The notes under the pieces are model-generated. The model saw nothing but the letters and a program-made list of their open reading frames with translations, was not told the origin of the DNA and made no database searches. 64,000 nucleotides of DNA. It comes from the human T2T-CHM13v2.0 reference genome, Homo sapiens. A program made the translations under genes and the position numbers. Positions 53,593-64,000 of the stretch are shown here, piece by piece; the stretch's first letter is position 1, and every line of letters starts with the position of its first letter. The stretch lies in NCBI RefSeq assembly GCF_009914755.1, contig NC_060938.1. One strand, 5' to 3'.

Positions 53593-55012
53593 TAGGACTT
53601 CCGAAATGAAGACTTTTTCTGATGGTCTCAGCGGACGGAACAGGATACAAAAGGGCATGTGAGTCAGTCAAATCACAGATAACAGGGAGCTGGGGCGGGG
53701 TGGAGCGTGATGTGTGTGTAAGGTTCATCTTAGGTTTTCAGCTCTGACATTCTATATAAAACCTCAGAAAGCTGGAGTTCATAGGTCTATAAATCCATTG
53801 TGAGGATGATTCTGTAAGCAGAGGTAAGGGAATTGGAGTTTTACTGGGCATTGCGAGCATGGATGTTCATTAGAAAACATCTTCATTCCATGTTTTCAGT
53901 TTCTAAATTTTTATGATTAAAATTCATGAAATTCACTGACTTGGAAATTATTCTAAATACCCCTGATATCTGATCTTTTCATATATCTTCTCTGAGACTA
54001 GAAGGAAAAAGAATAAACAGAAGAGAAGAAAATAGGAATAAAATAAGGATGAAGAACAGAAAGAGAATAGGGAGGGGACAATATTTAATTTGACCAGCAA
54101 TATGTGGCCTGATGAGAACAGCTGTGAGGGCCTGCAGGGTGTGTGGGGAAAGGTCTGGGAAGAGGAAGGGGAGAGGTAGAAATGCAATTAGAGTGGATAT
54201 CATACGCACATCCTATTTTTCCTCTAACCAACCAACCTCTAGTTGGAAACATTTTCTAATGCCCTGATTTCAAGAAACTATTTATTTCTAAATTTGCAAT
54301 GCATGCTATCAAATAGTTTTCCTTTATTAGAATTTTCATATATTTGAATTCTCCAATTTTCTGTCAAACTGTGTAATTTGGGAAATGGGATCTCTCTTCC
54401 CATGACTCTTTAAAGCTCTATTTAACCTAGCTGAGACACAGATTCTTCTGAGAGGTATCATCCCCCTTCCTCACATACTATCCATAAACTAGTCTTACAT
54501 AAAGTGCTTCTTTTTTTTAAAAAAAACCTATATCTTCATACATTAGAAATATTGCCTCTTCCTCTCGTGAACTATTCACACCCATGAATTTGGAGAGATT
54601 GCTGTGCAGTCTCACTGGGCCACTGTGGGTGGTTTCCTCTTCAGATGATTTTTAAAACTTATGTTTTTAAACTTAAAAACTTTTAAATAAAAGACTGATC
54701 ATGAACATTGCAATAAGGCAAGTTGAAGAGTACCTGAATCCTTCAAAAAGTTTAGAAACTCTAGTATTGAAAATTAATACATTACAATTTGAATATCTGC
54801 AGGTTTCAAAATAGAAATTAAATCTAAGTGTAGCAGCTTGATAGAAAGGAACATTATTTTCATGCAAAGTTTTGAATGACCCAGTTATCGACATAGAGGC
54901 TAATTTTCAAATCAATTTTTCTTATAATTGAAGATACAATGGTAGGATGCACAAACAAACATAGTGAATCATATACATATCATGAAGCCACTTTGTTACT
55001 TTTTTAAACAAA

Positions 55013-55147
55013 TTTTTTTTTAAGAGAAGTGGTCTTGCTCTGTTGCCCAAGCTCAAGTGCAGTGGCACAATTATAGTTTGCTTTAGCCTTGAACTCCTGG
55101 GCCCAAGTGATCTTCCTGTCTAGGTCTCCCAAAGTGCTGAGATCACA
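55013..55147 (-). mobile_element. Partial/chimeric Alu
   Basis: Poly-T, gtcttgctctgttgcccaagct...ctcccaaagtgctgagatcaca. Confidence 0.75.
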
Positions 55148-57655
55148 GAAGACCCTGTCTCTGCTTCTGAAGGAGCCCAAGGATTGGTTAGGGTAAGCTC
55201 AGACCCACTAGATTGCCTGTGGGTGTGAAAATGGTCTTGGGAGTTCCTTGATGCAGGATAACTTCTGCCTACTCCCATGCTCTATGCTGTACACAATCAG
55301 TCCTCAGTAAATATTTGCCTTGTTAAATAGTATAAAAGAATTTTAGACCTATAAAAGCATTTAGAAACCTTTTAGTTCAACTTCATTTTATAAACACAGA
55401 AACTATATCCAAGATGCCAGTATGAAACCATTAGATAGTAAATGATCTAGCAGTAGAAAGAAACTGGATTTCCTCCCTTCCTCCTTAGCTTCTTGCTCTT
55501 GCCTATTCCTGCAGGCACATATTGTTGAACAAAGAGAAACTATCTAATGGCAGCCCTGCCAGGTTGACCTCTGCATTTTGGTTCCGGGAAAGGCTTGGTT
55601 CAATCACTTTGACCATGAGAACGGAGAGTTCCAGTTTGTGTAAACATTTACCACTTTGGGCAAGAAAGATATTCAGGCTGAGCCACTGTTATTCTACCAG
55701 GAAATCCAGTCCATGACTCACTGGCTGCTGTAGGAGTGAGCCAAACATGGTGGTGCCACCCTCAACCCCCAGAGGTATTTCTAAGGACTTTCCTAAAAAT
55801 AGTAAGATATATTCATTATGCTGGGTGGATATTCCTTGAAGGAAGGATGTGGACATAGTGAGCATTACTCTACATTGTCAAAAAATAATAATTAGAATAG
55901 GGAAGCTAAGGGTAACATGTCCTCAAGTGGTTGATAGTTCATAAAGGTGTGAGAAAATCTTTTCTGGACCAACACATTGACAATGAGTTAGGTAATATTC
56001 AATGAAATAATCATAGGGTTGGGAATTTTGTCCAGGGGATGGCCATACCTAAGGCATAGTTAATATGTGGAATACTATGATCCATATGAGTGGTCATATT
56101 TAGACCATTACATTCAGTTCTTAATGCTATACTCAAAAGGCCAAATATTGACCTAAATTATCTGTCACCAAAAGGAGGGAAACTCATCCAATAAAGGATT
56201 TGAGAATTATATTGTATGAGGAATGAGTGAGAAAAGAGAAAATCCTTAGAATGGAGAAGTTTTACATATGTAAAAACACACATTTTATGTATACATATCT
56301 ATATTTATATGTTTTAGTTGCTATTTTTCATCATAACTGTCCTTACATACTTAAGGGTGCAAGATGTGAATAAGAAATTATATTCAGTCTTTATAATTCC
56401 AGGGGCCTAGTGAGTACAAGTCACAGGAAATGCACTTTTCTTCTGGAAACCAGATAGTCTTGGTATCTGAGGAACCATTTCCCATGGTCACTTATTTAGT
56501 TTTGCACTCTCCCTCCTAGCAGACACAGGCAATATTTTGGCTTCCATAGATTTAGTTTTATGGAAGTAATCAGAACGTATCAAAAATTAAAGTAGATAAG
56601 CAATTTTTTTTGCAAGAAGAGATAAACCCAGAAATGTACAAGACTGAAGGACTTTATCAATATCTTAGGGAAGAACACTGTAGTGGAGTTTGGGAGAAAA
56701 ACGGCAGATATGGAACCTGAGCTAGCAATGGCTAAGGCAAGAGCAGTCCATGCCAGAGGAGTTGGCTCATATTTTAGAGGCAAGTTCCACTGAAGATATG
56801 AGTCAATCATTGTATTTAAGGACATGCCATATTGATATCATTCATTTTGGTATCAGAAAATAAAAGCACCTTAATAGAAATTTACATGTGGTTTCATTTT
56901 TGGAGCCTGCAGCCTGATGTTTTCTGAGAATTTCTCCTTGTTTTTTCTGCACTTTGCAGAATACAAGCCACATAGCAATAGGAAAAGGTTTCTTAAAACA
57001 TGCCAGATTTCTCCTTGCAAACCAGCCCAATCTATGGGTCAAACTTTCCTATTGTTGGAGTATTTAATAACTCATGGAACTTGTTCCCTTCCTCCTTTAT
57101 CATTGTACTTTAATTCTTTACCTTTTATTAAAGCCATCCTTACCAAAGAAAGATTCCACATTTCGACTGTTGGTACTGTCAAGTCTCTGGGAATAGAAAG
57201 TCATGGGGAAGACCAGTCTTGGAGAAGCAGAGCCTGAGATAATATGCACGTGAAATATTGAGTAGTCCTCTCTCTCTTACTCTTATCTTTGGCTTACATA
57301 TTCCTTTAAGAAAGAGTCTTTCTCCATAACAAACAAATCATGATGACCGATTTGACTGCAAGGGAATGTATTACTTTTGTTTGTCCAGGACAGTGAATCA
57401 TGGTGTTTTCCTGATTTCAAACATGTAAACTTGGTGCATCATTGTATAAACACCTGCAACATCTACCTCTTTCTAACTTTTTAACAATGACTCATTAGTT
57501 TGCATAAATATCAATCTTGATATCTACATTCTTACTGTGAACTTCATCTCAGAGTGAAGACTTTATTTGTTTGACCTATTGCTCCTTTTGTGCATCTGAG
57601 TCCCTCCTAGGGTTATAGAAAAACATTCAAACTGCAAGTTTAGTAGCTACGAATG

Positions 57656-57674
57656 TGACCACAAGATGGCAGTG
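57656..57674 (+). promoter_or_regulatory. CTCF-type motif in TRAV13-2 promoter
   Basis: tgaccacaagatggcagtg. Confidence 0.75.
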
Positions 57675-57890
57675 CTTCTCTGCTGATGCAGAACACACAG
57701 AGGTTTCATTTTAGTGGATTCTGATTAAATAGGTTTATGGCAGAAGTAGAGCCTTTTTCTATTGGCTGAGTAGACAATGTGAGAAACCACTATGATTGTT
57801 AGAGGAAAGAAAGGAATACCCGATGATGGAAGTAGCTCTTATGGCTGGAGATTGCAGGTTTATGACTGATCCTATTTGGGAAGAACAATG

Positions 57891-58389
57891 ATGGCAGGCA
57901 TTCGAGCTTTATTTATGTACTTGTGGCTGCAGCTGGACTGTAAGTTTAGAGTTTTGGGTAACACAGTATATTAGTTGATGATTTTGAGACATCCAGGGGG
58001 AAGTCTTGCTTTATTTAGGCTTCCTCTAGTTACTATAGAAAAAGAAAATTCTGGAGAATAATAACTTGATAAACCTTTCTCTTTTTCTTTCTGCACAGGG
58101 GTGAGCAGAGGAGAGAGTGTGGGGCTGCATCTTCCTACCCTGAGTGTCCAGGAGGGTGACAACTCTATTATCAACTGTGCTTATTCAAACAGCGCCTCAG
58201 ACTACTTCATTTGGTACAAGCAAGAATCTGGAAAAGGTCCTCAATTCATTATAGACATTCGTTCAAATATGGACAAAAGGCAAGGCCAAAGAGTCACCGT
58301 TTTATTGAATAAGACAGTGAAACATCTCTCTCTGCAAATTGCAGCTACTCAACCTGGAGACTCAGCTGTCTACTTTTGTGCAGAGAATA
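57891..58389 (+). CDS. TRAV13-2: TCR alpha variable 13-2 (leader 57891-57939, V exon 58099-58389; in-frame upstream ATG at 57888)
   Basis: MAGIRALFMYLWLQLD|WVSRGESVGLHLPTLSVQEGDNSIINCAYSNSASDYFIW...YFCAEN. Confidence 0.98.
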
Positions 58390-58428
58390 CACATTGCTTT
58401 CCAGGCATCTGTAACCATCACCCAAACC
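58390..58428 (+). other. 23-RSS of TRAV13-2
   Basis: cacattg + 23 nt + acccaaacc. Confidence 0.95.
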
Positions 58429-59073
58429 TGAGATGGGAGGTGAAGCAGCATCCCTTTCCTTTGCAATAAATTTTAGTTATAGCACTTGTCATTTTGTTTG
58501 TTCATAAGTGGAAACTAACATATAGATATTAAAACCATGTAATGAGGTTAGATTCAAAGTGACCCAGAAAGGTTTAGAGCATTTTGTTGGCCAGTTGATG
58601 CTTAATGGATTCCGTTTTTCAAAAAAATATATGGTACGCATTTAAGTTAACAACATGAAGTTTTGACACACATGTACATAGTAAAGTAAAGAGTCAGCTA
58701 AAGAGACGCATAGGGCAAGGTATGGGAAAAATGGCCCTGAGCTTCCATGCCTTCTCTGGCTCTGCCACCCACCACATGTTCAGCAATCAGGAGGTTCTGC
58801 TCAAGGGATCCTTACAGAGATTTAGTGATGTTGGATTTTGTAATCTAGTCTTCAAAGGTGACTTTACATTTGCTATTCAGACTTCTCTCCTATGAATAAC
58901 CCCTTAGTGTCAATATTGCAATCCCTATTATGGATAAATTTTAACTTTTAGTTTTCAAAAATTGCTTTTGTTATCTTTTTCTTATTGTAAAACATTACAT
59001 GCCAAAACCAGATAGTGTAAAATATAAAAAATACAAAATTGATAATTCTGTACCCAGATAGGTTTTGCTAATA

Positions 59074-59153
59074 TTAGGTTGGTGCAAAAGTAAGTGCTGT
59101 TTTTGCCATTAAAAGTCATGGCAAAAATAACAATTACTTTTGCACCAACCTAA
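59074..59153. mobile_element. MADE1 mariner MITE
   Basis: ttaggttggtgcaaaagtaa...ttacttttgcaccaacctaa with TA TSD. Confidence 0.92.
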
Positions 59154-61019
59154 TATTTAGATTTGTTTCTTGATAGAGTCCTATTATAATTAGGATCATG
59201 ATTTTTTCACCTATTCTTATATCTCGAATTGAGCTTTTCTCACTTCGTCCTCTCCTCAAACACATGCTTTTTAATAGCTCCGTGAGAAATTTTCACCAGT
59301 CACAGTTATTTTTATTTTCTTACTCTCTGTATCTGTGGTAAAATTTGGCAGTCCCTTCTACCTGCTGTTTCTTGTTGGGAAAACGTGATGAGTTTTCCTT
59401 TAGAGTCTAGTTTGGACATATACTCTGTGTGTGCGAGGGAAATTAAAACAGGAAGTGATTTTAAAATGTGAGCTTCAGATTAGAGTCATCAGTATATTCT
59501 TCAAAATCTTATTGGTATCTCTTCATATTTACTCTCTCACATAATTGAGAAGAGTTATGTTTTTTAATCACTCTGTTTCTGCAGAACCTAGCATAAGCTT
59601 TTTCACATTGTTAATAATCAATAGATGTTTGTTAAAGAAAGAAAAAATGGATTAAACTATTGTATATTCAAAATTTTAACTTAGGCTTTGTGGTTGAATT
59701 AAACGTATAATTTTATGTGTGAATAATTAAACTCCTGAAAATGTATATTTGAATAAGTTGAATATTTGAGAGCATATTTCTTTCCATTTATCTATGTCAT
59801 TCTTTTCCATAAAACTTTATCGTTTTAAGATAATTAAATTTTTTTCTAGACATTTCATTTTTATTGCTACCTTTATCTTTCTTTCTGAGGTATGTGGCAA
59901 TGTTTTTAATAAATATTTTTCAGCTACATTATTCAATTCTTATTAGTAAATTGCAGGAGGCATTTGGATAGTTAATTTATGCTAGGTTGTTCCAAATACC
60001 CCGCCTCACTTTCGTGTTTTGACTGCTTTAAACATTACGAGTGCAGTTTCCTTTTCAAAAGTTGTATCTTTTCGTGTTGTTGATAAAAATAATGGAAATA
60101 AAGAAGTTGCATAAATAATTAATTCCCTAATTCTCCCACCTGTGGTCAAGAGTAGGCTAATTTCAAGATCCCTCATATTATTCCTAAGGATGGATATAAC
60201 CGGCGATTGGTAGGGTGAGAATGATCCCTTCTGGCTGAGTTATGGCTGTTAGTTATTAGCTAGGTCTTATAGGAAAAGTCATTAGATTAAATTGGGGTTT
60301 AAAAACAACTGAACAAGGAAGGTCAGTATTGTAGCCCAGTAACTCAACTGGCTTTTGTTATTTCCCTGTCTATACCACTAGCTCCTCTCCGGAGAAGCAA
60401 GCTGACTCTTGATCAGTCCATTTCCTCCAAGAATGAAATGGAGTGATTGGGAATCATGGCTTATAGTCTATTTATTTTTTGCTTGTTTAGAAGAAAGAGT
60501 GTAATTGCTATTGGCTTAATTGCTGTATCTTACTTGGTTGTCAATTTTTCCAATGTAAGAAAAAAAATTATCCAGCTAGAGTGTGCAAAGTCAGTACCCA
60601 GCTTAGATCCAGACACATTCAAGCATTAAACTTTAAATGGAAAAGAGTACTGATGAGGAGAGACATTAGCAGGTAATAAAATTTACTATAAAATTACCTT
60701 CTGAGGTTGGCATACAATGAAACAGATCAAAGGAGCTAAATAAAACACATTGAACAAATAAACCAAGGTTTATGTATTTTTTTGTTGCCTCTGTACAAAC
60801 TTGCTGTCTTAAAACAATAGATACATATTTTTTTAAATCATCTTCACTGGGCTGAAATCAAGGAGTCAGTAAGGCCCGCTTCAGAGGCTGCAGAGAAGAA
60901 TCTGTTCCTTGCCTCTTCTAGCTTTGCCAGCATTTCTTGGCTTGTGGTGCCATCACCCCAATCCCTGTTGCTATGGTCACATTGGCTTTTCTTCTTATGT
61001 TGTCAAGAACACATTTCCA

Positions 61020-63180
61020 CAAGTTCAAAGGCAATATTTCTTTGAAAATTTTTTTGAATACCAAGTCACCCAGGTTTAGGTAAAGTAAAAGCTGATTAAA
61101 TGAAAGGCCAGGAAGGAAAACCTGTACCTGTTGGTTAAAGGACTGAATATAATGAGTTTATTTATCTATTAATAGTTAAGTGTGTCAGAATGGAATATGT
61201 GTGGTTCAGAACATTCTGAGTAATATGGGCCTACTAGTGACCAGTTCATAGTGAGATGACACATGACTTTGGGATGGGGAAGAATGCAGGGCCACTAGAG
61301 CTAAGGGTAATAATGCTTTAGGCCACGGGAGTTCACAGATGTCTGATAGGGTAACTAATTTTATTCTTAATAGTCATACATTGTTTCAACATTTTCAGAG
61401 GACCAGGAGGTGATAAGAAAAGCAGTTTCTGAGTGAGAGCAAAACCTTACATAACTGTCCTAGAAAAACATGTTCCTCTACATATAGATAATTTGATTGG
61501 CACAGATAAAAAATGGAAATCAATTGATTTAGCTATTGTGAGTGCTGTATCTTTATGACGGGTGAGTGCTTCAACCCATGTAGAAAATAAAACAACTCTT
61601 ACTAGTGCATACTCACAACCCCTTAGGGAGTAGAACTGTCTGAAACATACTCAACTGTTCCCTTAGGACAGTATTCCAGTTCATATTCCACTTTTACAGT
61701 TTTCATGGAATTTTGGAGCTTCCAAAAAAGACATGAACTGTCTGCATTCCCTAGTATTCTAGAAAAGTCTCCCCACAAATGTTTAATATTGCAGTCAACA
61801 TGTCCCTACTGCGATGGGTGGTCCCTGGAGGGTATTAACAAGTGTTCATTGGCAATCATCTGGTTCCACCAAACAGCCTTTCTGGCTTTGATATATCTTA
61901 TCCTCACTGATCAAACAAATCAATAATTCATCTAAGGTGGAGTTATTGACATTTTCCATGGTTGCATCTTTAAGTTCCATAAGAGGTGCTTGCATAAGGA
62001 CTTTAGTCAGAAAGCCATGTTTAGCATGATCCCCTGCTCACGTATTTTTTTCTAGCTTCTAAAGTGCCTTTCATACATGGAACTTTGTCTTCATTAGGAA
62101 ATTTATTTCAATAGCGTCAAGACATCAAATAATTTATGTATTTGGTGTCCATTTTTATAAAGATACATGAAATATATGAGAAGGTTAAGAAGAGGTAAAG
62201 GAGGTTAAGGAACCTCATCGGCTCCATTATATTTGGAAGTTGTGACCTGTGTTAAAGCATTGACTATCACTGTTTATATTTATCATAATTTGGCATGCAA
62301 AAATGAGAGTCACAATTTCAGCCACTTGCATTAATTTTACTTCTAAGAGATTGAATTTTATAATAGAGTCGGGTAGTTATTACATAAAAAGTTTTGCGTT
62401 ATTCCTTTTCAACTTTGAGTTTAATACATTAAAACAATTAATTCAGAAGTTGATACGAGACTGTTCAAAATATCTGTTTGAGTGTGGACACTTCTTAAAT
62501 GACAAAAGCACAGTTAAAAGATTTATTGATTGAGAAGTGTAATGGAGTTGAACACTATGAAGATAAATTTGTAATATTTCATAATTACTCCACCAACTGG
62601 TAGAACAAATAATGGATGCTTTTACAAAATAGATAACTTGTACTGTACGTGATATCATAAGATATCTGAAGACGCTTCAACCAATTTTGACAAGAAAGAT
62701 CTGAAGACGCTTCAACCAATTTTGACAAGGCTAAGATAAGCTATTTTAAGACAAGAGCGATAAGCTATGGCTACTATATTAATAAATAAATTATGGTAGG
62801 CAAGGCAATGACCTGAGTTGTTTGCAGTGTTGTTGAGTAGTATCACTAGGGCATGGTCTTTAATGTTTACACAGAAAGAAAATTTGTCACAATCGGTGAT
62901 CCTGTAATCAGTTGTCCTGTATATGGGATCGTCCAGAACACATTCTCTTCAGAGCGGGGCATACAGAACGGCGTGGCTTGCTGGGGCTTATTTGGAGTCT
63001 GAATTGAAGTCATGGAAAAAATATAAATTCGAAGGTTTGATAACCTAATAACCAAACTCTGTAATCTAATATGATCTGTATGAACAGAGCTGGCTGTTGA
63101 AACTGAATAGAAAAGAGAATGGGACCTTTAAAACACAACTTGATATCTGAGGGGTTAATTCTAAACTCTTCGTCAAAGAG
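61020..63180 (-). mobile_element. Paralogous copy of the ancient ERV pol remnant
   Basis: Colinear with 11540-13500. Confidence 0.65.
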
Positions 63181-63770
63181 AGATTCGTTTTTCTGCTGTT
63201 TGGCCCCAAGATTGGCAACTGGATAGGCATTGGAATTGAGGAGGAATACTGTTATATCAATAGATAAGTCAAAAGATCTGCAGAGATTTGTACAAACCTT
63301 CTTATCATAACATGATGTATTTGTACTTTAGGAGAAACAACAACATACATAGATGTGAGGCTAGAGGATTATTGTATCTTACATTGTCTGTATAATTCAT
63401 TACAGGTATCAAATATGTGTCAATCTCCCAGTTCCATCACAGGTGCAATGATAAAATACAGTAGTTGGTCAAATGATCATTTTTCCTCTCAATGTGACCA
63501 TGTTTATTTTCAGATTTGTTAACAAATTAAGAGTTGGTTGATCCAAAAGAAAGTCTGCATTGGGTGAGCTTCTCAGCCAGTACATAGAGAAGTGTGAGAT
63601 GACACACACTAGTTTGCTATACCAGGAAACCTCTGTTTCCTGTTCTAGGGCAGCAGTAGCAGCAGCACATGGCCCAGTAATTCTTCTCTCACCATGCCAG
63701 GTTCACTTCACAGTACAGAGTCCTGAAAATAAAGAAGAAAATTTTTTTTTATCTAGAAAAAGAACCAAAC

Positions 63771-64000
63771 ATGTCACTTTCTAGCCTGCTGAAGGTGGTC
63801 ACAGCTTCACTGTGGCTAGGTATGGGTGGCCCAGTGGGAATGGACTTTCTGTATGAACTAAGGACTTTGGAAGTATCTTTATGGAAACTTTGGGAAGGAG
63901 GGGTAATGGGGTACAAAAATTGAATTTCTTTGTCCCAATCCACTTTATCCTTAAACCTTCAAATTCTATCTTTTTTCCTTCAGGACCTGGCATTGCCCAG
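63771..64000 (+). CDS. TRAV14DV4: TCR alpha variable 14/delta variable 4 (leader 63771-63819; V exon from 63984, runs off the window)
   Basis: MSLSSLLKVVTASLWL|GPGIAQ. Confidence 0.95.

Larger units (their letters stand above)
53640..64000 (+). repeat. Segmental (cassette) duplication paralogous to about 1-14410
   Basis: Colinear homology, e.g. gcatgtgagtcagtcaaatcacagataaca at 14 and 53655, through TRAV13-1/13-2 and TRAV14-1/14, with large indels. Confidence 0.95.

Overview
Human T-cell receptor alpha/delta (TRA/TRD) variable-gene region; chr14q11.2 is assigned from gene content and recalled gene order. All V segments are on the + strand. In order: a TRAV22-like pseudogene (probably IMGT TRAVC), a degenerate TRAV16/TRAV8-like relic, TRAV13-1, pseudogene TRAV14-1, truncated pseudogene TRAV11-1, TRAV12-2, TRAV8-4, TRAV8-5 (interrupted by a MER11 solo LTR), TRAV13-2 and the start of TRAV14/DV4. 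Every V whose 3' end is in the window has leader exon, intron, V exon and a 22/23-bp-spacer RSS. Five V promoters carry a co-oriented CTCF-type motif, and a sixth motif is orphaned. The two ends of the window (about 1-14400 and about 53640-64000) are paralogous copies of a duplicated cassette. The rest is mostly transposon-derived (L1PA2-like RT fragment, HSMAR2, MER45-type hAT, ERV remnants, Alus, MADE1). The main system here, V(D)J recombination, is well known. The most novel candidates are: (i) an in-frame LTR-derived splice acceptor that could rescue TRAV8-5 as a chimeric V domain with an LTR-encoded Cys; (ii) a possibly unannotated V relic at 5597; (iii) an orphan CTCF site left after V-gene deletion; (iv) an ERV LTR fragment mobilised in trans by L1. 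Gene, allele and repeat-family names are from memory, not from database searches.
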